Part shown: one piece after another, positions 28,180 through 63,029 of the stretch | Layout of the letters: each line of letters opens with the position of its first letter | Numbering within the stretch: the stretch's first letter is position 1 | Translations under genes and position numbers: made by a program | Assembly: GCF_009914755.1 (NCBI RefSeq) | Contig: NC_060928.1 | DNA: 64,000 bases | From: the human T2T-CHM13v2.0 reference genome, Homo sapiens | Direction: 5' to 3' (one strand) | Notes under the pieces: generated by a model | Database searches by the model: none | What the model was told of the DNA's origin: nothing | The model's input: only the letters and a program-made list of their open reading frames with translations

Positions 28180-29760
28180 GTAAAATAACAAAACGCCCTG
28201 AGAGAAATTATAAAAGTCTAAATGTAAGAAGGCATACAACCTTGCAATTGATTGGAAGTCTCAACACTGAAAAACATCCAATATCTCCAAATTGATTTAT
28301 AAATTCTACACTAAGCTAGACAAAATCCAATCAGGTTTGTGGCGGGTAGTGCGGAGGACTGCTTATAAGCTGAGTGCAGAATTTTTATTGAAATTCAAAG
28401 GATCACGAAAGCCAAGGTAATTCTGAAGAACAAATTAGAGGATTTAAACTATCAGATATCATGACTTATTATAAAGCTACAGTAATTAAAAGAGTATGGC
28501 AATGGCATGACAGACCAACAGAATAGAGTCCAAAAATAAATCCATGAATAAACAGTCCCTTGCATTACAACAAAAGTACTACTGCATTACGGTAGGGAAA
28601 GGATGATCTTCTCAATAAATACTACTGGAACAACTGGACTTCCACACGGAAAATAAAATGAACTATGAGGCTTACATATATCACACATAAACCTAAATGC
28701 AATAGTTGTAACAGTCAAGTTTATAGAAGAAAACATAGATAACATCTTCTTGGCTTTAGGGTAGGCAAAGATTTCTTAAATGAAACATAAAAAGCGTTAA
28801 CCATAAAAAAATTTGATAAAATGGACTTCATTAAAATTAAGAAATTATCTTAATCAAAATACACTACTAGAGTGAAGAAGCAAGCCAAAGACTAGGAAAG
28901 ATATCTTCAATACAACTGAACAACTGAAATTATCTATTTCTGGGGTAATCAAGACAACCAACTCAACAGAAAAATCAGCAAAAGACATAACAGTCATATC
29001 CCCAAAGAGGATATTCAAATGGTCAACAGGCATTTGAAAATATTCTAAGCCTTTTAAATCATCAGGGAATTACGAATTAAAACTACAATAGACCTTTACT
29101 ACATATGCTCCATAAGAGCTAAAATTAAAAACACTAATAATTTCAAGTGTTGGTGAGGATGTAGAACAATGAGAACTCTTTGTACACTGCTAATGGGAAT
29201 GTAAATTAATTTAACTACTTTGGAAAACTAGGATAATCTCCTAAAGCTAAACAGCCAGATACCTTAAGACCCAGCAATTTCACTCTTAGGTGTCTACTCA
29301 ACAGAAATGTGTACACATGTGGACCAAAAGACACGCTCAAGAATGTTCACAGAAGTATTCTTCATAACAGCCAATACTAGAAACACCCCAAATGTTCATC
29401 ACAGTAGAATAAATACTGACATATCCATACAATGAAGTATTTCACAGCAACAACAGAAAAGATGAACCACTGCTACATGCATCAACATGGATGAGTCATA
29501 AACAAGATTTTAAAAGGCTAGGCACAGAATTCAAAAATAGACAATACTGAATGAGTCACATAATAGTTATCTTTGGGAGTGTGTAATAACTGTTAAGGGG
29601 CATGAAGGAGGCTCCTGGGTTGACGAAAATGTCCTATATCTTATTCTTGATATTAGTTAAATGGGTGTTGACTTCATAAAAATTCATCAAAATGACACTC
29701 AGGATTTATGCACTTTATAATATGTGTGTTATAATTTGATGAAAGAGTAAACAAAAAAAA
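28180..29760 (+). mobile_element. L1M ORF2 3' end and 3'UTR remnant
   Basis: ttattataaagctacagtaattaaaagagtatggc, gtgttggtgaggatgtagaacaa, gacccagcaatttcactcttagg. Confidence 0.8.
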
Positions 29761-30147
29761 GTTAGTGATATCATGTCAGTCCCTTGATTTTTTAAATTTA
29801 ATTTTTTTTGGTTATTTGACTATGAAATTAAAAAGTCTAGTAAAGCTAAGTTCTACATCAGCCTGCCTCTTTGTGGGTACTAAAAGTCATGTTCACGTTC
29901 TTTCTTAACACAATTACTGAGGAATTGTCTTGGTATGTGGATCCTTCCCATAACATGAGGTCAACAGAAAGTCTAGCTTGAAGCTAGAGTTATCCAATAT
30001 TCACAAACTAGAAAATTGTAACACTGCAGGTACTTCTTCTTAGTGTAATTATAAACAATCAATTTTTCTTTATTACATTCCAGATCACTAGTTTCCACAG
30101 TTTCTATTTGGCAAAAAGAGGTAAAAAAAAAAAAAAAAAAAAAAAAA

Positions 30148-30452
<305 letters not shown>

Positions 30453-31048
30453 CACAACTTGAGGCTTCACATCTAAGCTTAGTTTTAGCTGGAATTGAAA
30501 ACACTCAGCAAATCAAGGCAATGTATCACAATAAGGTTGTCATAAGAATGAAATAAATATTAAATGTAAAGTGCTTAGAATATAATGCCTCAAAGTAAAT
30601 GCTCAAAATTGTATTAATACCGTTCTAAGAAACACATGTAACAGACCCTTATTCTTGAATTTCCTTCAAAATATAATAAATATATGGTAGTAAAACCAGA
30701 CCCACTTTTAAACAAAGTATTTTTATGGAGCTGAGAACAAAATCAATTTTTAATGAATCTGAACTGAACATATTAAAGTACAGGATCAATAAAAACTTAG
30801 TAAATTGTACTCAAGAATTTTTTAAGTTCTAAATTATACTTATTGGTATTTAACTATGACCCTACGATTAAAATAACTGAGATAATCAGGAAAAATACTG
30901 CTAATATAAAGAGCTCATCTTTGCATTGTATTTTTTACATTTGCAAAGTTGTATTTCATTTCATTACCATATTACTATAAAATAATTAAACCTATTTTAT
31001 AAAACTTAAGTCATAAACTTATTAAATCCAGCAAAGAATCGCAGAACA

Positions 31049-33774
<2,726 letters not shown>

Positions 33775-34692
33775 CTTTTTAAAAAAGGATCTACAGAAAA
33801 TTACTATTTTCATCAAAATTCTCTCCTCCAGTTAACAAAAACACCCAGTCTCAATAAGCAAACCTTTAAAGAATGGGGAATGATTTTGATCATGCATAGA
33901 CATAACAGTTATTGGAACTGGCACATACCTTGTTCTTTCACTGGACACTTACTGTGTGCCAAATATGTGCCAGGCCTATGCTAACTGTGGAGTTGAGAAA
34001 TCCAGTGGTGAGCTAAAAAGGCACAGAACCCACTCTTAGGAAACTGGTAATTTAGCAAACCACCAAGACTCCTGTTTTCAGACAGTAAAGGTATTAGTTT
34101 TCCCTAATTTGGAAATGAAGCAATTAGATTCAGAGTGGTAAATGTGCCCCGAGTCACATAACTAAGTGTTCTCAAGGGACAAAGAAGGTAAACACAAAAA
34201 TTATGGTCTTCTATCTCCTAATATAGTACTTAACCTGCCTGTGTCTGACTACAAAAGAGTTACTTAACCATATCCTTTAGGCCTATCCATTGACTCCAAA
34301 GGGACAGTGTACTTTCATCTCCAATGAACTACTTTTGTTTCATTGAGTCAGTCATCAACTAATCTTTTAAGTACTTAAGATGTTAGGTATGTAAGGTATT
34401 ATAGTAACATTAAAACTTGGTTAAAAACAGAGCAGCATACTAATTTTCTTTCTACATATTCCCACATATTCATTTTAGAATAAAAATAATAGAAGAATCC
34501 ATTTCCCCTGATTTACTATTTTAAAATGACACAGGTCAATATAATTAGAATATGTGTAATACTTTCCACTAAAGAAAAAAGTATAATTAAGTCACTGAGA
34601 ATTGGCATGGACTCCTATCTCTCTCTAATTTCCCCCCAATTCATCTCTTAAACCATAGCACTCAAATCTATAAATACTCCTTCAGCCATGTA

Positions 34693-35640
<948 letters not shown>

Positions 35641-36056
35641 GGCCTGCTTGTAAAGAGGAGCTGCAGTCTGGCTCTTCTTTTACCTCAGTCAGCTGACACT
35701 TTATCTCTATAGCTAAGGCCTGGCAGGAAATAATTCTTACTCGACTTTCAGTCATTTGCAAATCATCTTCCTTAAACTCAGGAAAAGGTAAGTTATGACT
35801 CTTACTTTTGAGCACTAGTTTTGAGAAATTTCAGGAATTGCTAAAATACTTTACATCTGGATTTCAATTATTTTTCCCAATAAATAACCTTCTTACTCCT
35901 CATAAGAATGAAAATTCTAAAGATAAATAAAAGCTGCCAAGGAAAGTAGCAGATCATTACCCAAGTATTTTTATAATTCCTTGTCCTATGCTTCCACCGG
36001 TACACTGCAAATTCCACCCAACCATGATTAAGGGAAAAGAAACAAAGATAGCATAC

Positions 36057-36210
36057 CTTTGAGCTCAAAATGATGATTGAAGGTATCTAGTGAGACTTGC
36101 CAAGTTCTAAAGATTCATTTAAGAGGACTGTAGAATTATCCAAAGGCATCTTACAATGTGATAGAATCAGCTTCTGAGCTCCAGCAGCTTTGCAGGAACA
36201 AGTAAAAATT
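36057..36210 (-). other. CLOCK: CLOCK non-coding 5'UTR exon (154 nt)
   Basis: TTTCTTTGCAG acceptor and AAG|GTATG donor. Unique sequence; joins as ...GAGCTCAAAG|AATTCTGAG... in the recalled mRNA leader. Confidence 0.85.
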
Positions 36211-36488
36211 CTGCAAAGAAACAGTACTTACTGAAATAATGCTAACCAATTTAAGTAACATTATTATCACTAGTATTTTTGTTTCATCGACGTATAGAAC
36301 ATTTATTGCGAGCCTCCTCTACGTGCCAAGAATTGGGAATGTGTCAATAAATAGATCAGATCTCATCAACCCCTCTGGGAACTCAACCGTAAATGGGACA
36401 AAAAGTTTGAAAAATCACGATGGTGTGAAGGGAAAGCATAACAGAGATACAAACCAGTTTGCTGGAAATTGGTTAGAAAAGTTCTCCT

Positions 36489-36975
<487 letters not shown>

Positions 36976-37619
36976 TCAGAATGAAACAGGAAATGAGAAA
37001 GGGCATTTCCTGAGACAAGATGGGCAAAGAAAGAAAGCAAAAGGTGAAGCAATTTGCCCTGAATCACACAGGGCTAAAGGCAGAGCCCATTTTAAACCCT
37101 TACCACTTGACTGCAATATACTAGCCATTCTGAAATTCTAAGCAGGAAACTAAAAGTTCCTAGAGAGGAATTTCAGGGGACCTTTGCAAGAGCCCAAGGA
37201 ATGACTGCCCTGGGCCAATAGCTGACCTTGCCATGGATGGATAAAAGAATCAACTGATCATCAAGCGTCCATTGTGCAGAATGAGAAAAAAGTCTCATCA
37301 CAATTCTCAACTAATAATTAACAATTACTAAGCACTTTACTATGTGTAAAGCCCTGTTTTAAGCACTTGACATATATTTATTCAATCCTCACAACATCAC
37401 TATCAAGCAAGTGCTTTCATTATCCTATCTATCTAATTTTAATGACACAGTCCAATCATGGCTATTAATTTTCTTGTACTGACAACAAGAAATGTCAACA
37501 ATACTTCTTGACACAATATTGAAAGCACTTTAGTGACTCTTCTTTCAGAAAAGTACTGCTCAAATATCAACAAAAAAAGACTTTAGAACATTAATTTGGT
37601 TCCTTTAGCTTTTCTAATT

Positions 37620-43960
<6,341 letters not shown>

Positions 43961-44644
43961 CATTACTCTCATACATTGCTGGTGGGAGTATAAATTGATA
44001 TAAACTTTATAGAGAACATTATGTCAATACCCTTAACAAAATTACAAATGTTTTTACCCTTTGGTACAGAAATATAGGGGTTATAACCAGCATTTTAAAA
44101 ATGAAACATGGTGGGGGGTGGGGAGTCGGATCGCAGGACACCTAGTTATGGTAAAGGGTATTTCCTGAAACTGTTGTTTCAGATATGTGTGTATGAGTGT
44201 ACTAGGTCATAACATAAAATATATTTCTTACTATGAGTTGTGGTCATAGAAGTTTGGGAGCTATTGTTTCAGCTTTAAAAGGATAACCTGAGGCAAAAAT
44301 TATAAGCTGACACTTAGGGAAGGGAGGGTATAATGTCAGGATATGAAGAGAAAGTTAAATAAGGCAGATAAGGAGACAAAGCAAACGTGAAATATGACAT
44401 TACCAAGCTATGCAGAGCCATGAGAAAACTGGCCTATTTGGGGTAAATGCAGAGGAGAGAGGACGGGGAGAATTTATCTGACCAGTGCTAAAGAGACATA
44501 AGAGATCTGGCAAAGATTTTCCCACAGGGTATTAATCCCTAAACAAAAATGCCAAATATTTATTGTTTTCCTCATGACACTATCTTTGCTTAAAAGGTTG
44601 ACTGTAGACATTCATTGTGCTCAGACTTCAAAGAACTATATCAG

Positions 44645-44996
44645 TGCTATGGTCTAAATGTTTGTGCCCCTCCAAAATTCTTATGTTGAAACTTAATCCC
44701 CAATGTGACAGTATTAAGACATGGGGCCTTTGGATGGTGATTAGGTCATGAGGGCTCCACCCTCATCAATGAGATCAGTGCCCTTATAAAAGGCCTGAGG
44801 GAGCTTGTTCCCCTCCCTTTCCATCATGTGAGGACACAGCAACAAGGCACCAGAATGGGCCTTCACCAGATACTGCATCTACTAGCACCTTGATTTTGGA
44901 CTTCCCAGTCTCTAGAACTGAAAACAATAAATTTCTGTTGCTTATAAATTACTCAGACTAAGATACTTTGTTACAGCAGCCAAATGGACTAAGACA
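44645..44996 (+). mobile_element. MLT1A/MST-type MaLR solo LTR
   Basis: tgctatggtctaaatgtttgtgcccctccaaaattc...aataaatttctgttg...aatggactaagaca (TG...CA). Confidence 0.85.
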
Positions 44997-45191
44997 ACCG
45001 ACAAGCTATAAGAGGCAGTTCCAATGCCCCTGGATGACACTGAATCCCAGATCATCAATGAGTACCCTCATGTCAATACATTTTCCTCAAGCTAACCTTA
45101 TATTCTGCCCCCCACCCAATCCAACACCTTTCAAAACATTCTCATACCTGTTTCCTTGGTTTCTCCAGATGCTTATTATTCAAGTCCTGCA

Positions 45192-45954
<763 letters not shown>

Positions 45955-47261
45955 ACGTCATTGAACATTTATGGGGTCACTGCACAGTCTTCAAGCAATG
46001 ATGACAGGAGGGGTGGCAGGGGGTCTTTCCTCTGCCAAAGGGAAATGGGATGCTTCTCCTTGCCAGGAAGCTTCAGCATGAATTGTAGGATTAAAAATTC
46101 TGAAGTACAGGGATCCACTCTTTCCCTATTAGGGCCCTGACTTAGACACACAACACCTGCAAAGGTTGCATATTTAGTCTTCTCTGCAGTTGTATCACCT
46201 TAATAATCCGATTCAAGGCCAACATTTTAGCATAGTCTCCCTGAAGTCAACAGGATAAGATTCTGTTATCCTATAAAACTGTCATAGAAGCCCTCTGGGT
46301 TCCACAGTATGCCTTAAATTGGCAATTAGTTGTGCTAAATCTAACCACCTTTTTAAGGCCACCAACAAAAACAACCTCATACCACAATCCTTAAAATTAT
46401 CACTGCCCCCACACCGATCAAGTGAAGTATCTGTTTTCTCCCAAAACCTTGACTTCTATGAGCCTCACTCCCATTAATTACAGATGAAAGCTTTAGAATT
46501 ACAATGCCAACTGTATCCAAGGGTCATCAACACCTCATTTACTAACAGCAATAGTTTCCCCTAATATGCAGATGAACTGGTGAAAATTCAACTCCAAAAA
46601 TGGCATTATGAGGATCTGCTTTTGTAGTATGAACTACTCCTAGAAAACAACACCTGAGGCAAAACAGACTGTTGACACAGGTATCCCACAGCTTCAAATT
46701 TATATTAATTTTACAATATACATTTAAAATAAATAAATCCACAGTAGACATACAGGGTTTTTCTCCCTCCCAAATCTTTTTAATACTAAGGTTCAGTTCT
46801 AAGGAAACAAAGTGAGGTAATGTTAAACTCATACAAGCTACAAATTTTAGAGGTATTTTAAATACTCTTTCTCCCTTACTCCTTCACAATTTTCCCAATT
46901 CTGTGACTGGAATTAATCTTCATAAATTCCTCCTCCCATCCCCTGCCTCCAGCACCAGCCCTCTTGAATCCATCCCTTGCTTTATATCAGAAGACTCTAA
47001 CATTCATATTTGATCATGTCACTCAAATTCCTTGAGATATAAAAATTGCTCCCTATAACAACTCCTTTGTGAACTCCAGATTTAGTCCCCAAGGTTCAGC
47101 CTTATCTCTTTCAAGTCTCTCATGATTTAACCTTTTCCATTTACTTGCTATTCCCTACATACATCAAATTTTGTCACACCTCCAAGTCTATGCTCACTGT
47201 TTTTTCAGTCTACAATATTTTTACAGATATTCTTACAAAAGTGCAATTTTAACGTTGGTAA

Positions 47262-47662
<401 letters not shown>

Positions 47663-49158
47663 CAAATTACTATGTTTTATAGAGCTCACCTTATAGATTT
47701 TAGATGTGTGCTGCTACTCTCAAAATTCTGATTCTTGCTATGGTTATACCATACCATGGTGGTAACACCCCATGAATTATTGGCCTTCACAAATATGCAA
47801 AGGAAAGAAATGGGCCTCAGACTCAGACATACTTGAGCAAATTATTCACTTTGCTTGAATTTCAGTTTCCTCACCTCTGAATTCTCTCTAAATACATCTA
47901 TGGATGCTATGCAATTTTTACTAATATCTTATATTGATTTGTGTCCATATGGTATGCATATATGAGTGTGTATGTAACTAGACAAACTGATCTTAGTATT
48001 TATGTGGAAGAGCAAAAGGCTAAGAATAGCTACAATAATTTGAAGAAGAAAATGGAGAGAGCAGTCCTACAAATAATCAAGCCTTATAATATGGGTCTTT
48101 CAAAACAGAGATAGAGAGATCACAAATAGAGTCATATGTATATTAAAAAGGCAGCATTATAAACAAAGAGGGAAAGGATGGACTATCCATTAATGGTAGA
48201 GACAACAGGTACCCAAATAGGGCAAAAAGTTATACCGGATTTCTTTCTTACCACACGTAAACATAAATTCCAAGTGCTTCAGACCCAAATATGAAGGCAA
48301 AACATATCAATTTTTAGAAGAAAACACACAATACCTTCATATCTATAGAGGAGAAAATAACTTTCTTAAACTATCATAAACCTTAAAGGAAAACAAGCCA
48401 AGCACAAACTTTAAAGAAAAAAAATAATATATTTGGCTTCATTCTAATTCAAATCTGAAGTCTAATTTAATTTAAATTTTTAATTTTTCTAATTACCAAA
48501 ATATCCCATAAACAAATGAAAAGACAAACCACGGACTGAGAAAATATACCACAGAAGATTAGTATCCAAAGTTCGTAACAAGATACTACATATCAGTAAG
48601 AAAAAAAGATAAACAAAAGATGCCAACCAGTAATAAACTGTTTTTTTTTTAAAAAAAAAGAAGCATAAAGAACGAATAAACATAAGAAAACATGCTAAAC
48701 TTTATGAACAGAATAAGTAGTTGGAAAAATAGGTAACTTAAACAGGTATCCTACCCCTTAAGGAACAGTAAGATTAACAGCCATATATTCTTAACCTAGA
48801 TTCATCAACTGTTAACAATTTGCCACATCTATACTCTTTCCACCATATATATGTATGTATTTGTAAATGCACACTTTCCCTCTCTCATATATATGTATGC
48901 ATCTCCATATACAACATACAAACATGCACATGTACACACACAAATACACACACTCATTTACTTCTGAACCATATAAAATGACTAACTCTAAGCTTGAAAG
49001 CAAGGAAGCTATCAAAACCTAATATGGTCATATAAAAAAGATTTAGAAGCAAATCTGAAGGGGCTCCTACTGGCCAGAGACAGGCCAGGTTGAATAAAAA
49101 GAAATTGTGAGGCACAGTAACATATAATGTGTATTGTTTAGCATAAGACAAACGAACA

Positions 49159-49463
49159 GGCTGGGCGCAGTGGCTCATGCCTGTAATCCCAGCACTTTGG
49201 GAGATGGAGGCGGGCGGATCGCGAGGTCAGGAGATCGAGACCATCCTGGCTAACACGGTGAAACCCCGTCTCTACTAAAAATTAAAAAAAAAAAAATTAG
49301 CTAGGCATGGTGGTGGGCACCTGTAGTCCCAGCTACTTGGGAGGCTGAGGCAGGAGAATGGCATGAATCTGGGAGGCGGAGCTTGCAGTGAGCGAGATGG
49401 CACCACTGTACTCCAGCCTGGGAGACAGACCCAGACTCTGTCAAAAACAAACAAACAAACAAA
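49159..49463 (+). mobile_element. Alu (AluY-like)
   Basis: Full dimer with (caaa)n tail and agacaaacg TSD. Confidence 0.92.
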
Positions 49464-49529
49464 ACCAGACAAACGGACAAATGTAGAACTCTCACTTGTG
49501 ACCAAAGAGTAGCTAGAGTATCAAGTCAA

Positions 49530-52063
<2,534 letters not shown>

Positions 52064-52085
52064 TTAATACGAAAATGTTTAACTA

Positions 52086-52302
52086 TAGGTTGAGTATCCC
52101 TAATACAAAAATCCAGAATCTGAAATGCTCCAAAATATGAAACTTTTTGAGCAATGACATGACACTCAAAGGAGCATTTCAGATTTCAGATTTTCGGGAT
52201 ACTCAACTGAAAAGTATACTATAAATATTCCACAATCTGAAAAAATACGAAATCTGAAACGCTTCTAATCCCAAGCATTTCAGATAAGAGATATTCAACC
52301 TG
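52086..52302 (+). mobile_element. Tigger4/MER46-like MITE
   Basis: TA-flanked, with inverted termini taggttgagtatccct.../...agatattcaacctg. Confidence 0.82.
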
Positions 52303-52809
52303 TAACAGGAAATTTACAAAGCATTTTCCTTGACTGGCCTGTCAAACTGTATTTCAAGGTAGGCAAAGGGACCAAAGTACTGAAAGCTACTCCTTTAAAG
52401 AAAAATTTCAACTAAGAAGAACAAAAGAAATGACATAAATAGGCAAAAATCATCAATCCTAAAAACCCCATCAGGAGAAAAAGTAATGGTAAATTTCACA
52501 ATGGATCATATTGTCACCAACTGAATTCACTGATCAATCTTAACATCTTTAACACTGGGACAACCACATATCATGATATAACATGTAGTAATAGTACTAC
52601 TTACAGAATATTCTTGTTAAGAGTCAAACTAGAATCTATGAACCTTTAGATCATACATTCTCAACAGTAGCAATGTCACATTCAAGAAGGCAAAGAAATC
52701 TTAAACAGTAAATTAAGACAGTTTCTCATCCTCCAAATCATACTACTGTGTCTGCCCCCAGGTCTGGGGAAAAGGTGCAGTGTAGACAGTAAGGAAAAAA
52801 AAAGCTCTA

Positions 52810-53164
<355 letters not shown>

Positions 53165-53904
53165 TCACATCCAATTTCCAGTTACATGAATACAAGAAAG
53201 TAATAAGTAAAATGACATCAAAAGGAATAAGAAAATGCAGAATGTGAAACGTTATAAAGAAAAATTGACCCAGTTACTTCAACATGGAGGGTAAAAAGAC
53301 TTTACTGCGGTAATCATATTTAGAAATATACTTTAAAATATTAACAGATAAATAATATGTGGAATATACTTCAAAATAGTATTAGAAGAGGGTAAGGAGA
53401 TTAAGATATAGATGAAACGAGAGTTGTTGAGTAAATAAATCACTAAAAGTAGGTGATGGGTACATAGGAGTTCATTTTACTATTCTATATACTGTTGTAT
53501 ATGTTTAAAACATCCTGTAAAAACAAAAGCATGTTTGGGGCACATTTTGCTTTCTTAGGATATTAGAGAGAACAAAACTATACAACACATAGCTTGCCCA
53601 TATATTTTCTATCAAAGGTGATCTACAAACTGATGTCATTCCTCTCCCAAATAATACCTTTTTTAAAAAAAGATTCAATCATTATATAGGCATGACTGAA
53701 AATGAGAAAATAAAATAAAAATTTTAAAAGACTAAAAAAACATAACTGGGAGGTATGTACCTGATTCAAATCCTGATACAAATAAAGCAACAAAAAGGCA
53801 TTTTTGAAAAAGCTGAATATGAACTAGGTGTTTTATGATATTAAGGAAGTATCGTTAATTTTGTTAGGTGTGGTAATGATACCGAGATTATGAAAGAAAA
53901 TATC

Positions 53905-55607
<1,703 letters not shown>

Positions 55608-56019
55608 CCAAGACAAATAAATAGATCAAACTGACTTCAAAAAAATCATAGTTTATTCAGGACATAGAAGAAATCTCAAAATAGAACAAAATATTCTCAA
55701 AGGACTACTGAAGATACCGCATTCAATTAAACAAAAATAGGTATATTTAACAAATAATAATACAAGAGTCCACTATGCCAAGAACTGTTACAAATGCTTA
55801 ATAAATATGAACTCCTTTACTCACAAGGTAGGTATTATTATCCTCATTTTGTAGACTAGAAACTGAGGACAAAGAGATTAATCATTTGCCCATTGTCATG
55901 GTTTTGAAGTTGTGGAGCTGGGATCTAAACCCACACAGTCAGGAAGTCTGGTTCCATTGTCAATGCTTTTAGCTACTATCCTGTGTTGTCTCTTGAAATG
56001 ATACCAGCAGAAAATAAGC

Positions 56020-59590
<3,571 letters not shown>

Positions 59591-59774
59591 ATATGATATT
59601 ACTAATTTATTTTATGATGACCTAAAAGTTTTGATTTCCGAATATTTTTTCAACACTTTTTAATTAAGTATTTTAGATACATATTAGAATATTTTTCTGC
59701 CTAGAAAGTAATTCAAACCATATCACTGACTAAAGATTTTTGGGATTGTTTGTAAATCCGTGAAAAAGTGCTTA

Positions 59775-60188
<414 letters not shown>

Positions 60189-61085
60189 TTAAAACATTAA
60201 TGTATAAAGAACCCAATAGTAATAAAATGTTTTGTACATTTGTTTGCCATTTAATCTAGCTTGTACTACCCTATGATTAACAGCACTGAAGGAATTAATA
60301 ATTACAGTTGTAATATGCAGCGAGTCAAGTGGAGCATCAGTGCAACAATACCAAACTTGAAACGAGTGCTTATTCTACTCTCAACTATCACCAAGCCAAT
60401 CCTCCTCAAACTCTTCCAAAGAACTAAATGTGAGAGAACATTTCCAAACTCATTCTAAAAGGCCAGCATTACCCTGATATCAAAATCAGACAAAGATACC
60501 ACAAAAAAAGAAAGCTACAGCAATAAACCTAATGAATACTGATTTTTTTACCCTTAAAAAAATACTAGCAAACCAAATTCAACAGCACACAGTCTATGTG
60601 CTGTTGTACTGCAGAATCTAATACTCCTGGGTATTTTTGTTATAGCAGCCAAAACTAAGATATCCATTCTATCCTCACATGCTAATAGACTCTAATCCCC
60701 TACACCTTGATTTGGTTTTCTCTACAATACAAATATCCATCTAGCATATATTTAACTCACTAGTTTCTCATCTGGTTTCCTCAGTTAGAACATAAGCTCC
60801 CTGAAGGCAGGGCTTTGTTCCCCAGCAGACAGAATAGTAGCTGGCACAGAACAGAAAGCTCAATAAATACTTGCTGAATGAACAAGATGAAGACCACCAT
60901 TAAAGGTATACTAAAAGACTTCAAAGCAAAGACTGAGAAAAATGAAAGGCCTAAATGAATGGAGAGGTATACTGTGTTCAAGGATCAAAGGACTCAATGT
61001 TGCTATCAGTTTTCTTTAAATTAATCTATAGAGTAAATACAACCCTAAACAAAATCTCAGCAGCCTTTTCTGTATAAAGTGAGAA

Positions 61086-61990
61086 TTTTTTTTTTTTTTT
61101 TTTTGAGACAGTCTTGCTCTGTCATCCAAGCTGAGTCCAGCAGCACAGTCAATGGCTCACTGCAACCTCAACCTCCTGGGCTCAAGCAATCCTCCCATCT
61201 CAGCCTCCTGAGTAGGTGGGATCACAAGTGCATGCCACCATGTCTGGCTAATTTTTTTCTATTTTTTTGGAGAGCCAAAGGCCTCGCTATATTGCCACTA
61301 CACTCCAACCTGGTCAATACAGAAAGACCTCTTATCAGTATAAAAAAAAATTTTTTTGCTTCTTGATTATGGTGATAAGAATGTTTAGGTTTGTCAAAAC
61401 TCAAGCTGCATACTTAAATTGGGCAGATTTTAACATATATACATTATACCCCAATAAAAATCAATTTTAAAAAATATACATCAAAAACTGAAACCCAACA
61501 ACAAAATACCTAAAGAACACTACATAAAACAGCTCATAAATATTGAGTATTCTGCATACCTTTAAAAAATGACAGGCGCCAGCTAAAGTGGCTCATGCCT
61601 GTAATCCTAATAATTTGGAAGGTCAAAGCAGGAGGATCACTTGAGCCCAGGAGTTCAAGACAAGCCTGGGCAACAAAGTCAGATCCTATCTCTGCAAAAA
61701 TAAATGACAATAATAATAATAATAGGAAATTGTCTGCACTTAGGTAAAATGAACTAGTTTGAAGCAGGCCAATATTCTTGCTAAGAACAACTTAAAAAGC
61801 TAAATAAATTATAAAAATCATATTTTTAAAGTTAGTGAGGAGCTGTGGAAGCATGGGAAAGAAGGTCTAAAATTCCAGTGATGGGAGAATCTTTTTTTTT
61901 TTTTTTTTTTTTGAGATGGAGTCTTGTTGCTCTGTCACCCAGGCTGGAGTGCAGTGGCACAATCTTGGCTCACTGCAACCTCCACCTCAG
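61086..61990. mobile_element. Partial Alus: chimeric 61086-61349, + monomer 61578-61724, - fragment 61893-61990
   Basis: Alu arm fragments. Confidence 0.8.
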
Positions 61991-62473
61991 AGATGGGGAG
62001 AATATTTTAAAGGTATTTAGATGACCAGTATCTGTCTTTTCCCTGGGAGTATTTCCTAATTATTGCTTGGGTTAGAGGCTGAAAATTGAGGCCTGACCTG
62101 TATAAAATATTGTTGCTGAGGAACACAGAAGCCAGGACAGCTTTTGGTGTTCACACAGGGCTGGAATAACAACACTAGGAGACTAATTCTCCTAAAAAGT
62201 TTCACGCAAGGACCTCAAGCTTAAAGGTGGTATCTCCCCTCAGCATATTTGCTGAATTTTAAAACCGTGCAGGGTAAAAGGCTACAAAGTCAACTAAAAA
62301 ACTTTGAAAAGCAAAGTGAAATTTCCTACCTTTGGCATTGCTAAAGGGACAAGACCAATAGGCTTTGAAATGAATGCCTTAGAAGACAACATCTGAAAAA
62401 ACAAGGAAAAATAAGGATAGCAAACTATTAAAATAGCAACCCAGCCTCCACATAATTTAAGATGATGGGCTCC

Positions 62474-62882
62474 TGATATGGGTTGGATGCTTGTCCCCTC
62501 CAAATCTCATGATGAAATGTAAATGTAATTCCCAATGTTGGAAGTTGGGCCCAGTAGGAGGCAACTGGATCATGGGGGCAGATCCCTCATGAATGGTTTA
62601 GTACCATCTCCTCGGTAATAAGTGAGTTCACACAAGATCTGGTTGTTGAAAAGTCTGGGACCTGCCCCACCTTGCTCTCTTGCTCCCACTCTTGCCTTGT
62701 CATGCACCTGCTCTCCCTTCACTTTCAGCCATGACTAGAAACTTACTAAGCCTCACTATAAGCAGATGCCGGCACCATGCTTCCTATACACTTTGGAGAA
62801 CCGTAAGCCAATTAAGCTTCTTTTCTTTATAAATTACCCAGTCTCACGTATTCTTTTATAGTAATGCAAACAGACTAATACA
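62474..62882 (+). mobile_element. MST-type MaLR solo LTR with a perfect 5-bp TSD
   Basis: TG...CA termini (tgatatgggttggatg...agactaataca) flanked by gctcc at 62469-62473 and 62883-62887. Confidence 0.9.
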
Positions 62883-63029
62883 GCTCCCTAGCCTATCTGC
62901 ATAGAAAATGAACTTCCCCTTCCCCCACCCCTCTCCCAACCCGGCAAAATGTACCATTACCTGGTAATGCTTACTTAAGTTTTTTACTACACAATGCCTG
63001 GCATTCAATAAAAAATTATGAGACATAAA

